Below are positions 1 to 9,922 of a stretch of 64,000 bases of DNA, piece by piece (the first letter of the stretch is position 1; each line of letters starts with the position of its first letter). The stretch spans positions 1,376,001-1,440,000 of the forward strand of contig CBDETY010000003.1 of the NCBI GenBank assembly GCA_965243025.1, in the 5' to 3' direction. The notes under the pieces are model-generated. The model did no database searches and was not told the origin of the DNA. It saw only the letters and a program-made list of their open reading frames with translations. The position numbers and the translations under genes were made by a program. This DNA comes from Candidatus Latescibacterota bacterium (GTDB lineage: Bacteria; Latescibacterota; UBA2968; UBA8231).

Positions 1-567
1 CCAGCACTTGTGGGTTCCTCCACTTCCGGGATGAATGGCGACCACCGGTCCGCTTTCCGGGCGGCCGAACAATTCCGTCAGGTCCTTGCCCAGGTCCCGC
101 TCCAGTTGCATGCGCTGTTCGAGGCCCAGGGCGATGCACGGCACCCACTCTCCAACCGGCATCCCCATTTCCCTGAGCGGTTGGCTCAGGTAGCGGGTGA
201 TGTGCTGTGAAAACCCTTCCGGGGGACGTGGATCCCAAACGACCACTTCTCCCGGGACGAATTGTTGAAGGCGTTTCCGGAGCTCGGCCCCGCGCGAGGA
301 ATAGGCGAGCAGGAAGCAACTGCCGGCCAGCGTTGCGCGCGTGGGGGGAGGGACATCCGCAGCGGGGTCGAAAAGGGATGCGACTGCAGTCCCACCGGCA
401 TCAGTGAAGGAATCGGAACGGGCGACACCGGCCATCATTCGGGGAAAGACGAGATGGATCGGCAGGTCGACGAACTCGCGGCGGAGAGCTGTCGCCGCCG
501 GCATTGTCAGGACGGAATCGCCGAGCGCCCCGGAGCGCATGACCGTCAGGTGGCCTGGTGTGGTCAT
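1..567 (-). CDS. Glycosyltransferase family 9 (heptosyltransferase-like), 3' end beyond the window edge
   Basis: Manual translation from ATG at 567: MTTPGHLTVMRSGALGDSVLTMPAATALRREF...VVAIHPGSGGTHKCW. Contains the GT9 motifs R-x-GALGD and IHPGS-x-x-x-x-K-x-W. Absent from the ORF track because no stop lies in the window. Confidence 0.8.
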   Translation of the reverse strand, partial: MTTPGHLTVMRSGALGDSVLTMPAATALRREFVDLPIHLVFPRMMAGVARSDSFTDAGGTAVASLFDPAADVPPPTRATLAGSCFLLAYSSRGAELRKRLQQFVPGEVVVWDPRPPEGFSQHITRYLSQPLREMGMPVGEWVPCIALGLEQRMQLERDLGKDLTELFGRPESGPVVAIHPGSGGTHKCW

Positions 568-725
568 CTTGCCAAATCGAAAACCGGCCTCTATCTTCGA
601 AAGTTCGTTTCCTGCAAGGAACTTAGATGCATCTCGCGGGGTGGCGCGAGGTGCAGTTTTTCCAACTTGGAAAGCCGGCTGACCTCGTTGGGCGGGGCGG
701 AAAACAGCAGGCCATACTCGCGAGC

Positions 726-1346
726 ATGGTTGGACTGATCGGAAAAAAACTGGGAATGACCCAGGTCTACAACGACAGGGAGGAGCTCGTTCCCGTCACG
801 GTCGTTGCGGCCGGTCCCTGCCCCGTTGTAGATGTCCGCACGACCGAACGCAACGGCTACACCGCCGTGCAGCTCGGCTTCGAAGAGATCGACCCGCGCA
901 AGGTGAACAAACCCGAGACGGGTCATTTGGCAAGGGCCAATCTTTCCCCCCAGCGCATTCTGCGGGAATTCAGGTCTGCGGGTGTCATCGAGGTCGAGGT
1001 CGGACAAGTGCTCGATGTCAGTCAGTTCGAAGTCGGGGACAAGGTGAAGGTCAGCGGCACCACCAAGGGCAAGGGGTTTGCAGGCGTCGTCAAGAGATAT
1101 GGTTTCGCCGGAAAAAACACCTCGCACGGAACCCCTGACAGGGTTCGCCATCCCGGGTCAATCGGTCAGGGAACAACCCCGGGGAAGGTGTGGAAGGGCA
1201 AGAAAATGCCAGGCCACATGGGCGCCCGCGCCGTTACGACTCGGGGGTTAATCGTGGTAGGGATCGATCCCGACCGGAATCTCCTGTTCGTCAAGGGAGC
1301 CGTTCCGGGCGCTGCCGAAGGGTACGTGACGATCCGCAAACAGTGA
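726..1346 (+). CDS. rplC: 50S ribosomal protein L3 (uL3), outside the S10 operon
   Basis: MVGLIGKKLGMTQ, GYTAVQLG, TKGKGFAGVVKR, PGSIG, KGKKMPGHMG, VKGAVPG. Start set at ATG 726 by homology. Confidence 0.97.
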   Translation: MVGLIGKKLGMTQVYNDREELVPVTVVAAGPCPVVDVRTTERNGYTAVQLGFEEIDPRKVNKPETGHLARANLSPQRILREFRSAGVIEVEVGQVLDVSQFEVGDKVKVSGTTKGKGFAGVVKRYGFAGKNTSHGTPDRVRHPGSIGQGTTPGKVWKGKKMPGHMGARAVTTRGLIVVGIDPDRNLLFVKGAVPGAAEGYVTIRKQ

Positions 1347-1402
1347 AGATCCCCGAAGCGTTCGCGTTTCCGATTCGCAAAACAGCAGAGAAAATGGAGA
1401 GA

Positions 1403-1425
1403 GGCGGCTTCAAAGCCGCTTTTTT

Positions 1426-1427
<2 letters not shown>
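1403..1427 (+). terminator. Rho-independent terminator after rplC
   Basis: GCGGCT-TCAA-AGCCGC hairpin followed by T8. Confidence 0.85.
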
Positions 1428-2864
<1,437 letters not shown>

Positions 2865-2903
2865 CGAGTCTTTAACGGCGTAGGGAGGGGTGACGAACGC
2901 GGC

Positions 2904-2931
2904 AATATACCGGGCCAGCGGTAGTTGTCAA
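2904..2931 (-). promoter_or_regulatory. sigma70-type promoter for the Ldh_2/hinT genes
   Basis: TTGACA-N16-TATATT on the minus strand. Confidence 0.65.
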
Positions 2932-2958
2932 AGCGCCAACGGCAGCCATCGAACCATT

Positions 2959-2987
2959 TTGACCCTGAACCTCGCCAACCCTACATT
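2959..2987 (+). promoter_or_regulatory. sigma70-type promoter for the GT2 gene
   Basis: TTGACC-N17-TACATT, 11 nt before ATG 2999. Confidence 0.6.
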
Positions 2988-2998
2988 GCGCGAAGTTC

Positions 2999-3730
2999 AT
3001 GGATCTCTCCATCGTCGTTCCAGCGTACAACGAATCCCGCAAAATTTTCGAAACCCTGCTGGCGATCACCTCCTTTCTCGATGATCGTCCATGGCGGTGT
3101 GAGATCATCGTTGTGGATGACGGCAGCGAGGATGGCACCGCGGGGATCGTCGGTGAAGCCTCGAGCAACGACCAGCGCATCCGCTGCCTTCGCAACGAGA
3201 GCAACCGCGGCAAGGGGTACTCCATCCGCAAAGGAATGTCCCATTCACGCGGAACAGCTGCAGGGTTCATCGACGCCGACAACAAGACTGAAATCAGCGC
3301 TCTCGATCAGGTAATGGAGCAACTCGGCGCCCCGGGGGTCGACGGGGTTCTGGGGGACCGCACGCTGCCCGGCACCGACATCGCCCAACCTCGAAGGGCG
3401 TACCGCCAGTGGGGCTCGGAGCTTTTTCGATACCTGCTTCGGACTTGTGTGGGTCTTTCCGGGTTCCCGGACACGCAGTGTGGCTTCAAGTTCTTCACAC
3501 AGCCGGTCGCCAGGGATCTTTTCCAGCGCCAATCCGTGGACGGCTACATGTTCGACGTCGAGGTCCTGCTGCTCGCCGTTCGGTCCGGATACAACCTCGT
3601 GCGGATTCCCGTAGTATGGCGGGACGATCCCGACAGCCGCTTCAATCCGGTTGTGGGAATGCTGAAAAACATCGGTGAGCTGCACCGAATCCGACGGCGC
3701 ACCGGTCGTCCAGGTAAGGGGGATGCCTGA
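2999..3730 (+). CDS. Glycosyltransferase family 2 (dolichyl-phosphate beta-glucosyltransferase-like)
   Basis: LSIVVPAYNE, IIVVDDGSEDGT, NRGKG, FIDAD, DTQCGFKFF, FDVEVL. Confidence 0.92.
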   Translation: MDLSIVVPAYNESRKIFETLLAITSFLDDRPWRCEIIVVDDGSEDGTAGIVGEASSNDQRIRCLRNESNRGKGYSIRKGMSHSRGTAAGFIDADNKTEISALDQVMEQLGAPGVDGVLGDRTLPGTDIAQPRRAYRQWGSELFRYLLRTCVGLSGFPDTQCGFKFFTQPVARDLFQRQSVDGYMFDVEVLLLAVRSGYNLVRIPVVWRDDPDSRFNPVVGMLKNIGELHRIRRRTGRPGKGDA

Positions 3731-4511
3731 AATCCTGTTTCTCGTCGCACTGGGGGCGCTTGTCGGTACCGTGGGAAGTCTCGTCGGCGCCGGGGGTGGG
3801 GTCATCCTGGTTCCCGTACTCGTCCTGCTCTACAAGGGGGAGGTGGCCAGCGAGATTACTTCGCTGTCCCTTGTGGTGATCTTCTTCACCGCCTTTTCCG
3901 GCTCGGTTACCTACGGTTGGATGCGCCGCATCGACTACGTTGCCGGGATTGCCTTCGCGCTGGCGGGAATCCCCACCGCGATGGCGGGTGCTTACCTTTC
4001 GCAGCATGTGCCCAGGCTCTACTTCGATCCGCTTATGGCGGGGATTCTCATCCTCTTCGGTAGCTACACCTTCATCAACCCGCGCTCGCGGAACAGGAAA
4101 GCAGAGGGGGAAGGAGATGTCGAGGCGAACACCAGGCGGCAATTGCGGCTGGGGTGCATTCTCAGCGCCTACATAGGTACCATTTCCGGCATCCTGGGAA
4201 TCGGTGGGGGGATTATCCGCGTCCCGGTCATGGTCAAAGTCCTTCGGTTCACCCCGCACGTCGCTACCGCAACGTCCCTGTTCGCTCTCACCATCGTCTC
4301 CTTTGCCGCCACCATGGTTCACGCCGCAGAAGGGCGCTTCGAGGGGGAAAGCGACAAGGCGTTGTTTCTGGCGATTGGCGTGATGGTCGGAGCCCAGGTT
4401 GGCGCCAGACTTTCCACCTGGGTCCGGGGCACCCTGCTGCTGCGGCTGCTGTCGGCGATTCTTGTCTGTGTAGGCGCCCAGCTATTCTACACTTCGGCAC
4501 ATCGCTGGTAA
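3723..4511 (+). CDS. Sulfite exporter TauE/SafE family membrane protein
   Basis: Duplicated GxGGG motifs (GAGGGVILVP, GIGGGIIRVP), ATATSL, many hydrophobic helices. Confidence 0.88.
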   Translation: MPEILFLVALGALVGTVGSLVGAGGGVILVPVLVLLYKGEVASEITSLSLVVIFFTAFSGSVTYGWMRRIDYVAGIAFALAGIPTAMAGAYLSQHVPRLYFDPLMAGILILFGSYTFINPRSRNRKAEGEGDVEANTRRQLRLGCILSAYIGTISGILGIGGGIIRVPVMVKVLRFTPHVATATSLFALTIVSFAATMVHAAEGRFEGESDKALFLAIGVMVGAQVGARLSTWVRGTLLLRLLSAILVCVGAQLFYTSAHRW

Positions 4512-4545
4512 CTGCCGGCCGGGGAACGTAACGAGGAGAGAGCAA

Positions 4546-5352
4546 ATGCCTTTCAACATGGGTTACAGCACGCTGCGCTGGCAGTTTCCGGATCTCGGGC
4601 CTTCACTGGTCGCCCTGAGGGAAGCCGGGTGGGACAGCTGGGAAGGGCGCTTCCCCCTCGACTGGCTCGGCCCCCCCAGCCGCCTCAAACAGGTGTGCAC
4701 TGACGCCGGCATGCCGATGACGGTCTTTACCGCCCTCGGGTCGCCGGACGACAGGGATTTCAGGCACGTAGAGGGGAATCGCCGGCGCATGGAATTCGCT
4801 GCCGAGATGGGGGTCGAATGCTTCATGTTCATGAGCGGTGGGAAACCCGAGGGAAGGGAAGCCGGCGAGGACGAGATCCGCCGTGCTGCAGAAGGGGCCG
4901 AGGAGTGGGCGGATTACGCCTCCACAATGGACCTGGAGTTAAGCTATCACATTCACACCAACACGCTGGTCGACTCGATCGCCCAGTGGCAGTTGTACAT
5001 GAGCTGCCTGAAAAAAGCCAGGCTTTGTATCGATGTCTCCCACGCCCAGCTCTGGGGATACGACCCGGTCGCCTCCGTCCGGGATTTCTGGACCCAGCTC
5101 AACTACGTCCATCTTCAGGACTACAGCTCCTGCACGCGCGCTGAAGACGGACGTTATAATCCGGTCTGGTGCGACGTCGGCGTCGCGGAGAACGTCGACT
5201 TCCCGGCGGTGCTCAAGGCCCTGGATGACCTGGGGTACGATGGGGTGATCACCAGTTGCCCGGGTGAGCCGGTGGCCGGAGCGGACGATCCGATAAGCGA
5301 GGCCCGGCGCAGCGCCGGCACTCGTGCTTACTTGCGGGGATTGGGCTATTGA
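4546..5352 (+). CDS. Sugar phosphate isomerase/epimerase (xylose isomerase-like TIM barrel)
   Basis: LSYHIH, LCIDVSH, YVHLQD, VDFPAVLKAL..GYDG. GAGGAG SD. Confidence 0.8.
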   Translation: MPFNMGYSTLRWQFPDLGPSLVALREAGWDSWEGRFPLDWLGPPSRLKQVCTDAGMPMTVFTALGSPDDRDFRHVEGNRRRMEFAAEMGVECFMFMSGGKPEGREAGEDEIRRAAEGAEEWADYASTMDLELSYHIHTNTLVDSIAQWQLYMSCLKKARLCIDVSHAQLWGYDPVASVRDFWTQLNYVHLQDYSSCTRAEDGRYNPVWCDVGVAENVDFPAVLKALDDLGYDGVITSCPGEPVAGADDPISEARRSAGTRAYLRGLGY

Positions 5353-5360
5353 CGCCCGGT

Positions 5361-6317
5361 TCAGAATCCCAGCCGTTTGTCGACTACGTTCAGAACCGGC
5401 TCCCCTTTGAGGTAGCGTTCGAGCTGTTCCGAGAAGAACTCGTAGACCTTGCGGGGGCGGTGCTGAGAGGCGCCGGCCCGATGCGGAGTGAGAACCAGGT
5501 TGGGAGCGTTCCAGAGTGGATCGTCGGCGGGCAGGGGTTCGACTTCGGTGACGTCGAGTCCCGCGCCGGCGATGGAACCGGATTCAAGGGCTTCCAGTAA
5601 AGCCCCCTCGTCGATAATCCCGCCGCGGCTGGTGCATACCAGATAGGCGGTTTCCTTCATGCACGCCAATGCCTCGCGGCCGATCATGTGATAGGTCTCC
5701 TTCGTTCTCGGGCAGGCGACCACTACCGCATCGGAACGGGAGAGCATGGAATGCAGGTTGTCTTCGGTAGGGGGGGCGACCTCGGCGACTCCATCCGGGG
5801 CCTCAGTGCGAACCGGGTCCAGCGCAAGCACCGTCATGTCGTATCCGGCGGCCCGTTTAACGGTTTCCAGGCCGAAACCGCCCAGACCGACTATTCCGAG
5901 CACTCCGCCTGTCAGCTCCACGGCGGCTCCTCCCTTCCATTCCCGGCGTATCTGGCTCTGCACGGCGGGAAGGATTCCGCGCGCCAGGGCCAGGAGCAGG
6001 GCCCAGGCATGTTCACCTCCCTGCGGGGCGTAAAGCCCCGCCATGTTGGTTATGGCGACTTCGTCCCGCTCCACGATTTCCGGATACAGGAGCTTGTCCA
6101 TACCGGCGCTGAACGACTGGATCCACCTGAGGCGTTTGCCGGCGCTGGTAACGCCGGCGGGGAATTGACCCATGAGGACCTCGGCGTCAGCAATGTCGGC
6201 CAAAGCCTCCTCGTCGGTACTGACGTGCACCAGTTGATGGTCTCCAAGGCGCGAGACCATCTCCTTCATTTCATCCAGCTCTTCCTCGGTAAACCCGTAG
6301 TAAACGATGACCTTCAC
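5361..6317 (-). CDS. D-2-hydroxyacid dehydrogenase family protein
   Basis: GIVGLGGFG Rossmann motif, SRGGIIDE, AGLDVTEVEPLP, LTPHRAG. Confidence 0.92.
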   Translation of the reverse strand: MKVIVYYGFTEEELDEMKEMVSRLGDHQLVHVSTDEEALADIADAEVLMGQFPAGVTSAGKRLRWIQSFSAGMDKLLYPEIVERDEVAITNMAGLYAPQGGEHAWALLLALARGILPAVQSQIRREWKGGAAVELTGGVLGIVGLGGFGLETVKRAAGYDMTVLALDPVRTEAPDGVAEVAPPTEDNLHSMLSRSDAVVVACPRTKETYHMIGREALACMKETAYLVCTSRGGIIDEGALLEALESGSIAGAGLDVTEVEPLPADDPLWNAPNLVLTPHRAGASQHRPRKVYEFFSEQLERYLKGEPVLNVVDKRLGF

Positions 6318-6334
6318 TTTCCCTTTCTCCGTGA

Positions 6335-7336
6335 TCAGATTGTCGTAGTTCCCGCCAGAATGGATTCAATCTCATTGCCCAGGGTCCGCTCCAGGCGCGG
6401 TCCCAGCCCCGAAACCACCTCGGCGGCGGCAAAACATCCGAGGCGTGCGGCGTCGGCGATACCGTAGCCCCGGCAGATACCGAAAAGGAAGCCGCCTGCA
6501 AAACTGTCCCCGGCTCCGGTTGTATCGACGGCTTGCACGGGTACGGCGTCGACCTGTTCCTGGGTTGTGCCGGCGGCGACCAGGGCACCGCCTGCCCCCC
6601 GCGTAACCGCAGCGATCGGAACGCGGTGCGCCAGCTCTGAAACTGCCTGGTGGAGTTCCCCCGACCCGGTAAAGACCATAGCCTCTTCTTCGTTGCAGAA
6701 CAGGAGGTCGACACCGCTGTCGACCAGTTGGCGGAAGCGCTCGCCGAATGCCTGTACGATCGCCGGATCGGATAGCGTCATCGACACTCCGACCCCCTCG
6801 CTACGGGCCCATCGCCGGGCGAGATCGCAGGCCTCCATTCCCGATTCCGAGGTCAGCAGGTATCCCTCCAGATAAACATAGCGGCTGCGGCGGATTGCCT
6901 GCCGCTCAACCTGGCGGGGTCCCATTCCGGCGCTCGCCCCGAGGAACGTATTCATGGTCCGGTCAGCGTCCGGAGTAACAAAGACCATGCACTGGCCAGT
7001 TTTCCCGCTGCCCCGGGACGCGGCTCCGCTGTCCACCCCTGCCTCGCTCAAGTCGCGGCAGTAAAAGTCTCCCCACCGGTCGTCACCGACTCGAAAGGCG
7101 TAGTGGGCGTGCCCGCCGCAGCGGGCAAGGGCAATCATCGTGTTGGCCGCCGATCCGCCGGAGGCGGAATTGGCAGGAGACACAGCCAGTGCCGCCTGCA
7201 GTTCAACCTGGCGGTCTTCATCCACGAGGGTCATCAACCCCTTGGCAATACCGTGGTCCTCGAGGAAGGCGGGATCGACGGAGTATTGCAGGTCGACGAG
7301 GGCGTGACCGATTCCATATACGTCGTTGACGTCCAT
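6335..7336 (-). CDS. PfkB family carbohydrate/adenosine kinase
   Basis: YGIGHALVD, GGSAANT, DRTMNTFLG, FCNEEEA, VDTTGAGDSFAGGFL. Confidence 0.9.
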   Translation of the reverse strand: MDVNDVYGIGHALVDLQYSVDPAFLEDHGIAKGLMTLVDEDRQVELQAALAVSPANSASGGSAANTMIALARCGGHAHYAFRVGDDRWGDFYCRDLSEAGVDSGAASRGSGKTGQCMVFVTPDADRTMNTFLGASAGMGPRQVERQAIRRSRYVYLEGYLLTSESGMEACDLARRWARSEGVGVSMTLSDPAIVQAFGERFRQLVDSGVDLLFCNEEEAMVFTGSGELHQAVSELAHRVPIAAVTRGAGGALVAAGTTQEQVDAVPVQAVDTTGAGDSFAGGFLFGICRGYGIADAARLGCFAAAEVVSGLGPRLERTLGNEIESILAGTTTI

Positions 7337-7562
7337 TACCGATTTCGCAGGCAGCAGTTCGCGGGTTTTTTGAGAATCCTGACATACGAGAATTAAGAAC
7401 CGCGAACAGCGGGCCCGACACAATGCCGTTGCTGTTGGAAAGCGGCTGCGGTTGCCTTTTCACCGGGAGAACCGGCGGTTATATTTCCCCCGTACATTCG
7501 CACTTGGATGCGAGCGGTCATGAATTCCCGAACGTCAAAACCCAAACCCCAGGAGGTACCTT

Positions 7563-8084
7563 ATCGCCAAACAGCAACTGTCATTTACGAGGATCAACGA
7601 CGCCATTCGCGTCCCGGAGATTCGACTGATCAATGCCGACGGGACTCAGGTTGGCATCGTAGGAACATCACAGGCGATGGCGATGGCCGAGGAAGCAGAT
7701 CTGGATCTCGTGGAGGTCGCGCCGGAAGCCAGACCCCCGGTTTGCCGTATCATGGACTACGGCAAATACCGCTTCGACAAAGAGAAGAAAGCCAAGGAGG
7801 CGCGCAAAAAGGGGCAGGCCGTGCAGATGAAGACGGTGCGAATCAAAAGCGCCAACATCAGCGAGCACGACATGGAGTACCGCCTCGGACACATTCGCGA
7901 GTTTATCGGTCAGGGAAATCTGGTGAAAATCAGCATGCGCTTCATGGGCCGTCAGGTGGCTTACCGCGACCGCGGCAGGCAGGTCATGCAGGAAGTCGCA
8001 GAAAAGCTCCTCGACGTCGCCATCGTACACCAACATCCTCAAATGGAAGGCCGCGAGATGTCCATGATCTTGCGGCCTTTGTGA
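7563..8084 (+). CDS. infC: Translation initiation factor IF-3 with non-canonical AUC start
   Basis: DLDLVEVAP, PPVCRIMDYGKY. The IF3 N-terminal motif RINDAIRVPEIRLI lies in frame upstream of ATG 7677. AGGAGGT SD at 7551-7557 is 5 nt before ATC 7563. Confidence 0.93.
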   Translation: MAKQQLSFTRINDAIRVPEIRLINADGTQVGIVGTSQAMAMAEEADLDLVEVAPEARPPVCRIMDYGKYRFDKEKKAKEARKKGQAVQMKTVRIKSANISEHDMEYRLGHIREFIGQGNLVKISMRFMGRQVAYRDRGRQVMQEVAEKLLDVAIVHQHPQMEGREMSMILRPL

Positions 8085-8140
8085 CGTCGCGCTCGACTTC
8101 GCTTGCGACGATAATCCCCTGGTAAAACCTGTGTAAAAAC

Positions 8141-8460
8141 CTCAGTCCGGTGAACCTTCCCCCGTTGTCCGGGGCGACTGGGGAGGATACAGGAACGGCT
8201 TCCGTCCCCAATTCGAGGACAGGAGGGAGGGTTCCCGTGCGGTAACCCCTCCCAAGCTTCCGGTTTCATTTTCCGATAACCGATGTGCGAAGCTCGCTTG
8301 GGCCACTGCACGCATGGGAGCGGCGATTGGATTAAAGGGGGTTTCCGTCACCCTCGTACTGCTCATCCCCACCAAAAAACAGTTAGAGATCCTGATGCCG
8401 GGGGGTTCCCGGCGAGCCCGTCTCGAGCGCAGGATTGTTCCGCAATACACACCTTCTGAT
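8141..8460 (+). ncRNA. Candidate structured non-coding RNA (family not recognised)
   Basis: Intergenic stretch between convergent genes with no credible ORF and about 8 consecutive stems; G-U pairs mostly favour the + strand. Confidence 0.35.
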
Positions 8461-8501
8461 CGCGGGTTGTATGCCCGCTGTCAGAAAAATTCCCGCCTTC
8501 C

Positions 8502-9311
8502 TCAGGCCGACGCGAACAGGGTGTGCTCCTCGCATCCGCCCATACCTGAGACGACTGGAAAGGAGCGTTCAGCCGGTCCAGTTTTTCCGCGATAGCGGAC
8601 ATGCGGCGAAAAATAGGCGTATAGTGCCGTATTGCGAGGGTCTGGGGATCTGTTCGGCCCGGAACCATGCACGAGCAGGCTGTGAAAGAAAAGGGCAGAC
8701 CCTGCCCCTAAAGGAACGTCGATCTGGGTGCTGAGGTCGATGTCATCGCGCTCGGTGAGGGATTCGTCCTGCTTGAGGACTATTCTTCCCCAATTCTGCA
8801 AACCCCATTCGTGGCTGCGCGGGATTACCTTGAAACAGCCGTTACCAGTCGTGGCCTCGGTCAACGCAATGCTCACGGTAACGAGAGAAGGGGGATCGAT
8901 GGGCCAATATGCCGAATCCTGATGAAGTGCATGCGGTGAACCGTGGAATGCAGGCTTGAGCATGAGGGTGCTGCGGAATAGCAAGAGATCGTGTGAATTC
9001 AGCAGTGCTTGGGCGGTTTCGACAACCCTCGGGTGACGGGCGAGGCGTTTGAAAAGGTCCGAGTGGCTCCCCGTGTCTTCGATTTTGCGAAGCACTGGGA
9101 CCTCCGAGGCGGGGTTGGCTGCGCTCCGACCATGAGGTTCCGGTTGAAAACTGCTCTCCGCCAATTCACCCCGCGCGCGAAGTTCCGCAGCCACCTGATG
9201 CAGCCTGTCTACCTCCGCACAACAGTCCTCGACTTCGGAAGGCGAAAGAAGATCGGAGATGACCAGGTACCCCTCCTTCGAGAAAAAATCGACCTGTTCG
9301 GCGGTGACCAT
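8502..9311 (-). CDS. Phytanoyl-CoA dioxygenase (PhyH) family Fe(II)/2-oxoglutarate dioxygenase
   Basis: FFSKEGYLVI, HQD iron ligands, NGCFKVIPRSH, FFHSLLVHGSGPNRS..R. Confidence 0.9.
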   Translation of the reverse strand: MVTAEQVDFFSKEGYLVISDLLSPSEVEDCCAEVDRLHQVAAELRARGELAESSFQPEPHGRSAANPASEVPVLRKIEDTGSHSDLFKRLARHPRVVETAQALLNSHDLLLFRSTLMLKPAFHGSPHALHQDSAYWPIDPPSLVTVSIALTEATTGNGCFKVIPRSHEWGLQNWGRIVLKQDESLTERDDIDLSTQIDVPLGAGSALFFHSLLVHGSGPNRSPDPRNTALYAYFSPHVRYRGKTGPAERSFPVVSGMGGCEEHTLFASA

Positions 9312-9411
9312 GGTCCGAATCTCCGAACCAGAGCGAATGATTGAAGTTCCCGGTGTGGAGAAATCGGTGGGGGTACCGCGCTCGGTGTCGGAAGGGTCTG
9401 GAAATCAAGCC

Positions 9412-9795
9412 TTAAAAGCGTGGTTTCCATTCACCGGAGAGGTTTTCCCTGGTGATGGGGCGGGATCCGGCGTTGGGTTCATCCGGCTCGACCAATTCCT
9501 GCGTCGATCCCCCATGGCTCTCCAGACGCTCGGTGAATGAGCTGAGGCGTTCATCAGCCTGATTGAGCATGAGCTCGGTTTTTCCCCGCTCCTCAAGCAC
9601 CTCTTCGGCGATCTCCATGGCCGCCAGGATCGCTATCTCAAAGGGGGATCTTTTTCCTGCTTCCTCGGCAGCCAGGCGCATTTTCTCGTCGAGATAAGCG
9701 GCGGCTTTCTCGATGTATTCGGGCTCTCTGGAATCGCTGCCGAGACGGTACTCGTAGTCGAAAATCTGGACTAAGACACCGTCCTTTTTTGACAT
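9412..9795 (-). CDS. zapA: Cell division protein ZapA
   Basis: VQIFDYEYRL, YIEKAAAYLDEKM, IAILAAMEIAEE followed by a coiled coil. Confidence 0.85.
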   Translation of the reverse strand: MSKKDGVLVQIFDYEYRLGSDSREPEYIEKAAAYLDEKMRLAAEEAGKRSPFEIAILAAMEIAEEVLEERGKTELMLNQADERLSSFTERLESHGGSTQELVEPDEPNAGSRPITRENLSGEWKPRF

Positions 9796-9846
9796 GGTGT
9801 TTCGACCGCAGTTGACGGATTGAAGGGTGACAACAGATGGGATTAC

Positions 9847-9894
9847 AAAAAAATGGGGGACTTCCGCGATCTCCCCTTACTCCCGGAAGCCCCC
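9847..9894 (-). terminator. Intrinsic terminator/attenuator upstream of zapA
   Basis: Minus strand GGGGGCTTCCG...CGGAAGTCCCCC (11-bp stem) followed by A-T7. Confidence 0.7.
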
Positions 9895-9922
9895 TCTGTT
9901 GCGCGCACTACCACGTGGTAGA

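Noticed and set aside
8302-8323. GCCACTG...TGGGAG resembling the cobalamin riboswitch B12 box
   Set aside because: The other conserved elements (AGGGAA core, TCAGGAGACC end) are missing, and no + strand gene lies downstream.
8361-8374. CATCCCCACCA resembling a tRNA/tmRNA 3' end
   Set aside because: No T-arm (GTTCRA) precedes it, and there is no matching 5' acceptor or tag frame.
9312-9411. Expected 6S RNA downstream of zapA
   Set aside because: The gap is only 100 nt and has no long irregular hairpin.
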